Of a DNA stretch of 64,000 bases, positions 33,210 through 41,406 are shown one piece after another. The stretch comes from Candidatus Micrarchaeota archaeon (GTDB lineage Archaea; Micrarchaeota; Micrarchaeia; Micrarchaeales; CABMGC01): the NCBI GenBank assembly GCA_021811535.1, contig JAJZOF010000020.1:106894-170893 (forward strand). Reading direction: 5' to 3'. The notes under the pieces were generated by a model. That model saw nothing but the letters and a program-made list of their open reading frames with translations. It did no database searches and was not told where the DNA came from. The position numbers were made by a program, and so were the translations under genes. How positions within the stretch are numbered: position 1 is the first letter of the stretch; every line of letters begins with the position of its first letter.

Positions 33210-35993
33210 ATGCCTAAGGAGCGCGCTGACGATGATAAAGGTTACAAGTTTGGCGCCAAAAGCTTATCCGTAAGAAATAGGAGAAGGGAGCGCAGCAGGT
33301 ATACACATGTGCCGCTCTTTACATACAAGGCAAAGGATATCGTAAGGCAGTTTCTTGGGCATAAGAACCTGCCAGATGCGATATCAGCGACTTTTGCCGC
33401 GGCGAGCGTGGCGATAGTATTCCCATTTTTCCCTATACAGATACTTATCCCGCTGCTCTTCCTTACATTCGTAATAACGATGATACATCCTCTTGCGGGG
33501 CTTATTGTGCTCCTCTTCGAGACGCTGCCCATGCTCATATTCCAGGTACCGCTGCTTGCATGGATATTCTGCATTTTCGTGAGCATTGCCCTGATCTTGG
33601 GGTATAAGCATTACAGGTCAATAACGCTCCTCTACACTATGATTGTGCTGCCGTTTTCCTTCCTGGGATGGTTCCTTGAGATACCTGCATTCATTATAGG
33701 CACACTCTTCATAGGCTTCAGGCGCGCATCCATAGTTGCCATACTTACAGTGCTATTGGTCTCCATGATCTCTGGGCTTACAGGGATAAGCAATACAGGA
33801 ATGATAGCGTATAATTCCCATGCGGTGCACACCATACTTTCCAAGGACAATGCTACGGTCTTCTTTGTGCCAAGCAGAGAGGTGCCGACATTGGGCAACT
33901 TCACCTCTGCTGCCGGGCAGGGGCTTATCAACTTCTTCGGATTTAGGGTGTCTGGCAATCTTTTCGATGGATTCAGGCTTGCCGGACTTGCGATATTCTA
34001 CGGGTTGCCTTATATACTCCTCCAGATGTTCGTGTGGTTCCTTGTCGTCTTCGCGATAAGCGATTATGTGATAAGGAGCAGGTCACCATACAAAGGTATA
34101 GAGGCAAGCTTCTTCAGTTTCATAATACTGTTTGTATATTTCTTTGCGACAAGATTCGGAGGGCTGACATTTACAAATTATGCGTTTGCCGGGTTTCTCA
34201 TAACGCCTGCAGTCCTGCTTGTGCTGGAACTGAACAATGTAGACGTAGTTAAGTCTCTTGAGGTAATGAAGAAGGACTTCCTGGGCAGGTTTGGCGATGC
34301 TTTTGAGGACCTTACCGCAAGCGCCCATGAGACCCTTAACGATGTCGCAAACTATGACGAGACGAAGAAGGAGTTGCGCGAGTCAATATTGTCGCCTATA
34401 GAACATAGGGAGATATCCGGCGCATACAACGTGAAGCCAGCAAAGGGCATACTGCTCTTCGGGCCGCCGGGAACCGGAAAGACGCTTGTGATGAGGGCAA
34501 TAGCAAATGAGATACGTGCAGGATTCTTCTATGTGAAGACATCCTCGATACTATCGAAATACGAAGGCGAGAGCGCACAGATGCTTTCCAGGATATTCGA
34601 TACGGCGAAGTCACATGCACCTGCGATACTCTTCTTCGACGAGATAGACGGGATAGCATCCAAGAGGGAGATGGACAGTGGAGGCAGCAACAGGCAGCAG
34701 CTTATGACAACACTCCTTGCGGAGATGGACGGTTTCCAGAAGCTGCAGGGGGTTGTCGTAGTAGGTTCAACCAACGTGCCACAGCTGATAGATCCCAGCA
34801 TCATGAGACCTGGCAGGTTCGACAAAGTCATATACATGCCGCTGCCAGATAAGATAGGAAGGGAGAAGATCTTCAGGTATTACCTGAGCAAGCTCCCGAT
34901 AAACAAGGATATGGATTATAGCAAGATAGCCCAAAACACACCAAGGTTCTCCGGGGCTGACATAAAGAATGTATGCGAAGAGGTGGCAAGGATTGTTGCT
35001 GAGGATGCGGTTAAGAGGCGCGTGGTGCTTGAGATAACAACTGCTGATGTCTTAGATGTGGCCGCGAAGACCAAGCCATCCGTCTCGCTTGCCTCAATAG
35101 AAAATTACAATAAATTCAAGATGGATTATGAGAGAAGGCAGCACCAGGAAGCCAAGGAAAAGGTAGACGAAGCGGAGACAGGAATGAATGACGTTATAGG
35201 CTTGGATGAGGCTAAGAAGGCGCTCTACGAGGCTATAGAGCTTCCAATATTGCATCCTTCGCTTGTGAGCAAGTATGGGGTGGAGGAGACAAGGGGCATA
35301 CTGCTCTTCGGGCCGCCGGGAACCGGAAAGACGCTTGTGATGAAAGCCTTATCGAATGACATAAAGGATGATGCAAAATTTATAACTGCGTCAGGGTCGG
35401 AGATTGTAGGTGGAGGGAGCAATAACGCACTGGCAAGAATAAAGGAACTGTTTGACAGGGCAAGGGAGAATGCGCCTGCGGTAATCTTCATAGACGAGAT
35501 TGACTCTGTCCTTCCACTTAAAGAAGGCAGTTCCGAATCGGCGCAGCAGATAATAAGCGAGTTCCTCCAGCAGATGGATGGGATAAAGAGCAGCAAGGGG
35601 ATAGTAGTAGTTGGCGCTACAAACAGGCCTGAGATGATCGATCCTGCTCTTCTCAGGAGCAAGAGGTTTGATAGGATTGTCTATGTAGGCCCTCCGAAAT
35701 CTGCCGAGAGGAAGAAGGTATTTCAGGCCAGCCTGAAAGGCGTCCCGTTGTCCAAGGATGTCGATTTTGACACTATAGCGGATAGGACTTCCGGATACAC
35801 TGGAGCAGATATAATAAATGTATGCAGAATAGCAAAACTACGGGCTCTGGAGAGGAGCATAGACAAGGGGATTGAGGACGAGCTTAATATGTCTGATGTA
35901 GAGGCTGCCCTGAAGAGGGTAAGGGCGTCTGCCTCTAATTCAGTAATAGGCAAATACCTTAATTTTATGGTAAAGTACGGGATAGAATCCTAA
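33210..35993 (+). CDS. Polytopic-membrane-anchored tandem AAA+ ATPase (CDC48/VCP-like D1-D2 cassette)
   Basis: From Met24. About 340 N-terminal residues contain roughly 8-9 hydrophobic helices. These are followed by two AAA modules (GPPGTGKT twice; Walker B ILFFDEID and VIFIDEID; RPGRFD and RSKRFD). Confidence 0.85.
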   Translation: MPKERADDDKGYKFGAKSLSVRNRRRERSRYTHVPLFTYKAKDIVRQFLGHKNLPDAISATFAAASVAIVFPFFPIQILIPLLFLTFVITMIHPLAGLIVLLFETLPMLIFQVPLLAWIFCIFVSIALILGYKHYRSITLLYTMIVLPFSFLGWFLEIPAFIIGTLFIGFRRASIVAILTVLLVSMISGLTGISNTGMIAYNSHAVHTILSKDNATVFFVPSREVPTLGNFTSAAGQGLINFFGFRVSGNLFDGFRLAGLAIFYGLPYILLQMFVWFLVVFAISDYVIRSRSPYKGIEASFFSFIILFVYFFATRFGGLTFTNYAFAGFLITPAVLLVLELNNVDVVKSLEVMKKDFLGRFGDAFEDLTASAHETLNDVANYDETKKELRESILSPIEHREISGAYNVKPAKGILLFGPPGTGKTLVMRAIANEIRAGFFYVKTSSILSKYEGESAQMLSRIFDTAKSHAPAILFFDEIDGIASKREMDSGGSNRQQLMTTLLAEMDGFQKLQGVVVVGSTNVPQLIDPSIMRPGRFDKVIYMPLPDKIGREKIFRYYLSKLPINKDMDYSKIAQNTPRFSGADIKNVCEEVARIVAEDAVKRRVVLEITTADVLDVAAKTKPSVSLASIENYNKFKMDYERRQHQEAKEKVDEAETGMNDVIGLDEAKKALYEAIELPILHPSLVSKYGVEETRGILLFGPPGTGKTLVMKALSNDIKDDAKFITASGSEIVGGGSNNALARIKELFDRARENAPAVIFIDEIDSVLPLKEGSSESAQQIISEFLQQMDGIKSSKGIVVVGATNRPEMIDPALLRSKRFDRIVYVGPPKSAERKKVFQASLKGVPLSKDVDFDTIADRTSGYTGADIINVCRIAKLRALERSIDKGIEDELNMSDVEAALKRVRASASNSVIGKYLNFMVKYGIES
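34445..34494 (+). repeat. 50-nt exact intragenic repeat, copy 1 (Walker A of AAA domain D1)
   Basis: gggcatactgctcttcgggccgccgggaaccggaaagacgcttgtgatga is identical to 35294-35343. Confidence 0.9.
35294..35343 (+). repeat. 50-nt exact intragenic repeat, copy 2 (Walker A of AAA domain D2)
   Basis: Identical to 34445-34494. The flanking codons are diverged. Confidence 0.9.
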
Positions 35994-36119
35994 GCCGGCA
36001 TATTGAAGGCATTAAGGCTGAATCTGATGTGCATGTAAACTTTGGCAAGGAGATGAATAAACTTATTGATTATTCTCTGTTTTTTATACTTTTCTGCATC
36101 ATTATGAGTTAGGGTTTGC

Positions 36120-37517
36120 ATGATTCCTCTGCTTCCGGCAATAGTCATAATACCAATATTATTCTCCCTGCCCATATTTTATTTTGGCGATGCATACGCC
36201 AAGAAAATTGCGATTGCTGCTTCCTCGATCTCCTTTGCACTCACTGTTATTGCTGGAGTGGTCGCGATAACGCAGGGATACGGAGCGCTCTCTTTCAGCA
36301 GCGTTTACATACAGCAGATAAATGCGGGGTTCAGTTTCTCGCTTGGGCAGCTTACCCTCCTGCTCTTCCTGATGACAGCCATAGTATTCTTCGCTGCGAC
36401 GCTTGTCAGCGACTGCTTCATAAAATCATCCAAATCAATATATTATATTGTATTGCTTCTCTCCGAGGCAGGAGGGTTGGGCGTCTTCTCCTCGTCAAAT
36501 TTCTTTCTCCTTTACATTTTCTGGGAGATAAGTGAGGTTGCGATGTTCTTCATGATATTCATGTTCGGAAGCAACAACAGAAGATATGCGGCAATGAAAT
36601 TCATCATATATTCGGTAGTGGCAAGCCTTATGCTCCTTATAGGGGTAATAATGCTCTATGTATCAGTCCCGGTGCATACTTTTAATATACAGTCGATAAT
36701 TTCGCAGGGATCCGCGCTGAGCACAAACGTGCAGGATATTGTCTTTGTTCTTTTCCTGATTGCCTTTATGATAAAGATGCCTGTCTTCCCACTCCATGGA
36801 TGGCTTCCTGACGCACATACAGAAGCCCCCACGACTGGCAGCATGATACTGGCAGGAGTGCTGCTTAAATACGGGGGTTACGGGCTCTTCCTCACATTTG
36901 AGATAATTAGGATAAGCCCTTCCCTGGCGCCATACCTTGCGGTTCTCTTTGGCTTCTCTGCGGTATACGCTTCGTTTGCAGCGATAAAGCAGACAAACCT
37001 GAAGAGGCTGATAGCTTATACGAGCATAACAGACATGGGCATTGTTGCGCTTGGGCTGAGCACCTTCACACAGATAGGAAATTACGGGGCATTCTATGGC
37101 ATGCTCAGCCATGGATTGGCGATAGCAATACTCTTCCTTGTCGCTGGCACGCTCAAGGAGATCTATGACAGCCTTGACATGCGCAACATAAGCGGCGTGA
37201 TAAGGGATTATCCGCAGCTTGCGTATTTTTTCATCTTCGGAATGATAACGATAATAGGCTTTCCGATAACTACTGGGTTTATAACTGACATTCTGATATT
37301 TTACGGTTCTGTTAGCGCCTTCGGCCTGTACGGGATAGTCCCCCTTGTCTCTATCCTTGTCATGGGAGGGCTGCTCTTCCTGGTGATAGAGAAGGTAATG
37401 ATGCCTTACGTTAACGTTGAACCTGCAGGGGTATTTGACAGGCGGGTTGTGCTTGGATGCTCCATACTTGCGGCAGGGGTAATATTATTCGGTGTCCTTC
37501 CAGGAATCTTCATATGA
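36120..37517 (+). CDS. Orphan NuoM/ND4-like (Mrp-antiporter-like, proton-conducting) membrane subunit
   Basis: 465 aa. HGWLPDAHTEAPTTGSMILAGVLLKYGGYG matches the NuoM/MnhD family core. No other complex I or Mrp genes are in the window. Confidence 0.8.
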   Translation: MIPLLPAIVIIPILFSLPIFYFGDAYAKKIAIAASSISFALTVIAGVVAITQGYGALSFSSVYIQQINAGFSFSLGQLTLLLFLMTAIVFFAATLVSDCFIKSSKSIYYIVLLLSEAGGLGVFSSSNFFLLYIFWEISEVAMFFMIFMFGSNNRRYAAMKFIIYSVVASLMLLIGVIMLYVSVPVHTFNIQSIISQGSALSTNVQDIVFVLFLIAFMIKMPVFPLHGWLPDAHTEAPTTGSMILAGVLLKYGGYGLFLTFEIIRISPSLAPYLAVLFGFSAVYASFAAIKQTNLKRLIAYTSITDMGIVALGLSTFTQIGNYGAFYGMLSHGLAIAILFLVAGTLKEIYDSLDMRNISGVIRDYPQLAYFFIFGMITIIGFPITTGFITDILIFYGSVSAFGLYGIVPLVSILVMGGLLFLVIEKVMMPYVNVEPAGVFDRRVVLGCSILAAGVILFGVLPGIFI

Positions 37518-38484
37518 ATAGATGCTTTATGAAGAAGGGAAGCGATAGCAGGATTATCACAATTATAGGCAGGTAGAAGTTGTCATCCATTGATGTTGGA
37601 ACGCTCTCTGCAAGCGCTGCTACTATCGCTATGGGGATCGAATAGAACCCTATTATTGGATAGGAGATCGCTGCGGTTGAGATGAAGAACGCGCTTGTGC
37701 CGTATACGCTCTTTTTCCTGTTATATGGGAGCTTTGGTCCCTTGAAGTACAGGCCTGCCATGGTTGCCATTGGATCGCCTATGAATATCGCTGCAAGCGG
37801 CACCACCGCGAGTATCTGGCTTAGGAACGACACTGAGATTAGCCCGCCTACGGCGAGCCACAACGCTCCATAGCCTATTGCGGTGCCTTCCCTCTCCAGA
37901 GAATAGATTGACCTTGAGATATGTGCCTTTGGATGTGTATTAGCATAGGAGACAAATAATATACCGCAGAGTACAAACACGATAAGCACTATATACGGGT
38001 AGGGGGTTGGAGCGAGAAGGAAGATGGAGACGAATAGTATGCCGGATACCATATGAATGAAATCTCTCCTTATCTCGCGTTCAGGGTCCTTTTTGAGCAC
38101 CTTGGACTTCTTTGACAAGAATGCCTTTGCCATTATTCCGAAAAGCAGGGACTGGGATATGAGTAGGATACCTATGGAGGAAACAGAGAAGATGAATAGT
38201 ATTGAAAGCGTCATGTATGCTATAGTGAACTGGAATTTTTCAGAGAATGCAGTGGTGGCGAATATCATGAAACCTATCGCTACAGCAAACGCCTTCAGCG
38301 TGCTGAGAGTCTCAGCATACGGCAGGAGAAATGCGATAGTAAGGAATAATATGAGACTCCTTCTCTGCCTGCTGCTTCCTGTAGCAATGCGGAATGCATA
38401 TGCGGAGACGCATGCGCCTAGAATAAAAAACTGAAGCGCAAGCACTAGTATTTCCAGCATCGGATCACGCAGATTAAGCCACAT
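37510..38484 (-). CDS. Polytopic membrane protein of the CTP-dependent polyprenol (dolichol) kinase / cytidylyltransferase family
   Basis: C-terminal motif IGDPMATMAGLYFKG...KKSVYGTSAFF resembles the CdsA / dolichol kinase family. Confidence 0.55.
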   Translation of the reverse strand: MWLNLRDPMLEILVLALQFFILGACVSAYAFRIATGSSRQRRSLILFLTIAFLLPYAETLSTLKAFAVAIGFMIFATTAFSEKFQFTIAYMTLSILFIFSVSSIGILLISQSLLFGIMAKAFLSKKSKVLKKDPEREIRRDFIHMVSGILFVSIFLLAPTPYPYIVLIVFVLCGILFVSYANTHPKAHISRSIYSLEREGTAIGYGALWLAVGGLISVSFLSQILAVVPLAAIFIGDPMATMAGLYFKGPKLPYNRKKSVYGTSAFFISTAAISYPIIGFYSIPIAIVAALAESVPTSMDDNFYLPIIVIILLSLPFFIKHLFI

Positions 38485-40312
38485 ATATTACCCATGCGGC
38501 TATTATGAATGCGGCCGCGATAAGGATAGGGATCAGCCTGCGCGACTTCCTGTTTATGTCATGTATTACCTCGACAATCTTGTCTGCAGCGTCGTCCCCC
38601 CATACTGCAAAGTTCTCCATGTAGAACTCCCTGAAGGCGGACCTCACATCTGTCATATTCTTCTGTGCGTCTTCTATAAGATCATCTATTAGCGGGATCA
38701 TCTCGGAGGGCTTGGTTGTCCTGCCGAGAGCGTTGCTCGCGGAGAGGGCTATTGAATTAACAGCGTGGGTATCTGTGGTATAAAGCTCCAGCTCCATACC
38801 GTATTTATTGCGTACGTGTGATAGCACCTTTTCCCTGAATCCAGGAAGCATGTTGTTTGCATCGAAGTATATCATGCAGAACTTGCTGCTTTTTGTCTCG
38901 AATATGCCTACGCTTGTGTATCCGTATCCCATATCCTGGTTGCCTCTGAGAGCCTGCCTGAGTTTCTTTGATGAAGACCCAAACCGCAGACTGGTCATAT
39001 AGCCTTTTGAGTTTATGGTTTCCAGGATCGCGTTCTTGTATTGCTCGACATATCTGCTGCCCTTATATACGCCTACGAGCTCATTTTTCGGGGCAGTCTC
39101 AAACCTTGAGTTGTGTGCATCTATCAGTATAGGGTTTATTCTTTTTGGAATTATTGATTCCATCTCTTCCCCGACTTCACGCTCTATGTCCTCCGTTACC
39201 TTGGGCGCTTTGGTCAGCGTTATAAGGCTTGTGTCATTCAATCTTATGTTTATGGCTTTGCATGAGCTGCTCTGCCCTTTCGTGATCATGCCTGCGGTTT
39301 TTGCAAAGTCGGATTCTTTTATGCTGCTTATGTTGTTGCCTATTGCACGGCACATGCCATATATCTGCGATGCGCTCACCGGATTGTCAGATATGTTGAC
39401 CGCGCCGTGGACTATGAATGGGGTTGCATCGTAGTGCCTCTTTATGAAATCTCCTATTCTTTCAGTTGTTACACTGCCGCCGACGTTTGAGAATGGGCCG
39501 TAGTGTATACCCGGATTTACAAAGATCGCACTTATTCCATGCTTGTTTTTTAGAATAAGTAGGCGCATCTTTATCTTTCTCTTGACACCGCCTTTCCTGA
39601 ATACGCTTGCCTCTTCCTTTATGTTATATAGCCATTGGCTGACCATCGCGGTGAAGAGTTCTGTTGCGCTTATATCCAGTTTTTTCTTTGCAGGCCTGTC
39701 AACAAGGTATATTATCGCGTATCCTACGATGATGAATACCAATGTGCCTAAGTAAAGCTTGATAAGTATTGTATTTATTGGCAGGTTTATGTCCAATATG
39801 TACCCGCCGAATGGGAGAAAGAACATTATATTGAGCATTGGCTGTATTGCTGCGGTGAAGAGAGCCGCCTTCCTCTGCCCCACAGCAACCTTGTTTACGA
39901 AGAACCAGTACTCGTATATGGATGCGTTGGAGAGCAGAAGAGCGACGTATGCTATAGCCTCGCTTTTTGTGAAGAGATAGAGTATTGCAATTATCATTAT
40001 TTCTGCGGCATATATTATCGTTATGAAGAGGACAGGAAGAAGCGCCCTTTTCATTGTTATCCTTGGCTTGTAGATTGTTATCAGTATGGATGATATTATT
40101 GCAGGCATGCTGATTATCATTATTCCCGTAGCAGAGCCAAGGGAAGCTATGCTGAAAGGGTCGCTTGATGCGTTGAAGTGTATTACAAGGCTTGCGACAG
40201 TTCCGGTTAGTATCCCTACAAGGATAAGTGCGATTGCCTGGCTCTTTGCGGATGGGCTTACGACTTTGAATATATCAGCATATTTTGTTATTTCGTAGGT
40301 ATCTTTCGGCAT
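38474..40312 (-). CDS. Large membrane protein: about 9 N-terminal TM helices, a soluble D/H-motif domain and a C-terminal TM anchor (DUF2070-like architecture, from memory)
   Basis: 612 aa. Soluble-domain motifs FIVHGA, IDAHNSRFE and YTTDTHAVNS. Overlaps the downstream gene by 11 nt. Confidence 0.5.
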   Translation of the reverse strand: MPKDTYEITKYADIFKVVSPSAKSQAIALILVGILTGTVASLVIHFNASSDPFSIASLGSATGIMIISMPAIISSILITIYKPRITMKRALLPVLFITIIYAAEIMIIAILYLFTKSEAIAYVALLLSNASIYEYWFFVNKVAVGQRKAALFTAAIQPMLNIMFFLPFGGYILDINLPINTILIKLYLGTLVFIIVGYAIIYLVDRPAKKKLDISATELFTAMVSQWLYNIKEEASVFRKGGVKRKIKMRLLILKNKHGISAIFVNPGIHYGPFSNVGGSVTTERIGDFIKRHYDATPFIVHGAVNISDNPVSASQIYGMCRAIGNNISSIKESDFAKTAGMITKGQSSSCKAINIRLNDTSLITLTKAPKVTEDIEREVGEEMESIIPKRINPILIDAHNSRFETAPKNELVGVYKGSRYVEQYKNAILETINSKGYMTSLRFGSSSKKLRQALRGNQDMGYGYTSVGIFETKSSKFCMIYFDANNMLPGFREKVLSHVRNKYGMELELYTTDTHAVNSIALSASNALGRTTKPSEMIPLIDDLIEDAQKNMTDVRSAFREFYMENFAVWGDDAADKIVEVIHDINRKSRRLIPILIAAAFIIAAWVIYVA

Positions 40313-40327
40313 CCGAACACTTAGACG

Positions 40328-41026
40328 TTACCTTCCGAACCTGCGTTGCCTGTTGTTATAGTCGTTTAGAGCGTTTGAGAGGTCTTTCTTAGTGAAGTCA
40401 GGCCATAGTTTCTTTGAGAAGTAAAGCTCGGAATATCCAGTCTGCCAGGGCATAAATCCGGAGAGCCTCTTCTCTCCTGAAGTCCTTATTATGAAATCTA
40501 TATTGGGTATCTGGTTCGATATAAGGTGCTTCTCGAACTCCTTCTCTATGTCTTTTATCTTAAGAGTAGCGTGATTTGCAAGGTATTTTACAGAATGAAT
40601 CAGGTCTTCCCTGCCCCCATACCCTATAAGCACGTTTATTATGCCGTCTTTGTATCCCTCTGTCTCCTTCTCGAGCTTGGAGAGGCTGCGTATTAGGTCT
40701 TTTGGCAGCATTTGCCTGTTTCCTATTATCTTGATCCTTGTCTGCGTCTTGTGCAGCCTTGAAGCGAGTGACTTGCTTGTTGCGGCTTTCTTGTAAATGT
40801 AGAAGAGTGCGTTTATCTCCTCCTTCGATCTCTTTATATTTTCCGATGAGAAAGCCCATACGGTTACGTTTCTTATCCCGTAGGCTCTGCACCATTCACT
40901 GAATTCCACGAATTTTTTTACACCGTTGTTGTAGCTTTTTAATATTGAGAGCTTGTGAGCCCGCGCCCACCTCCTGTTGCCGTCGGGTATAATAGCTATG
41001 GTCATGGGGAGCTTCTTTTTTGCCAT
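40328..41026 (-). CDS. uppS: Cis-prenyltransferase (undecaprenyl/di-trans,poly-cis-polyprenyl diphosphate synthase)
   Basis: Motifs IAIIPDGNRRWA, RNVTVWAFSSEN and RTSGEKRLSGF. Confidence 0.9.
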   Translation of the reverse strand: MAKKKLPMTIAIIPDGNRRWARAHKLSILKSYNNGVKKFVEFSEWCRAYGIRNVTVWAFSSENIKRSKEEINALFYIYKKAATSKSLASRLHKTQTRIKIIGNRQMLPKDLIRSLSKLEKETEGYKDGIINVLIGYGGREDLIHSVKYLANHATLKIKDIEKEFEKHLISNQIPNIDFIIRTSGEKRLSGFMPWQTGYSELYFSKKLWPDFTKKDLSNALNDYNNRQRRFGR

Positions 41027-41406
41027 TTTATCAATTGTTTATATAGGGTGTTTAATTAGTTTATTAATATTGCCTTATTTAAAACTTCTTATATATGACT
41101 GTTTGTGTGCCTGTTTGGGACATATAGTATTTTCCAGATTTAATTTTAGCTTTTTGCTGGCTTATGGCTGCGATTCCCTTTTGTAGCTCCTGGTGCTTTC
41201 GCGACTGCGGATCCTTTTTTATTAAACGCGTAAGAAGCCTTTCAGAGTAAACGCAAGTATACTGTCTTGTGATAACTTATCGCATTTGGGCTATGGTCGG
41301 TGTATTTTTTGTCGATGCAGATCTGGATTCGAACGTCAGATGCATAACTCCGCCCCCATGTTTTTTAAAGTGTAGGCTCTAATCAATACCTAGAGCGTTG
41401 TTTATA

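Noticed and set aside
36000-36119. Candidate C/D-box sRNAs in intergenic spacers (36000-36119, 56490-56620 and 13810-13993).
   Set aside because: Only partial C-box-like strings (atgatgc, ttgatgg) are present, without properly spaced CUGA D boxes or terminal pairing. This is not enough to call an sRNA by eye.
41326-41340. A GGATTCGAAC tRNA T-arm-like core, suggesting a minus-strand tRNA or pseudo-tRNA.
   Set aside because: The 5' T-stem, anticodon arm, D-arm and acceptor pairing cannot be built around it. I kept it only as part of an unexplained stem-loop (see findings).
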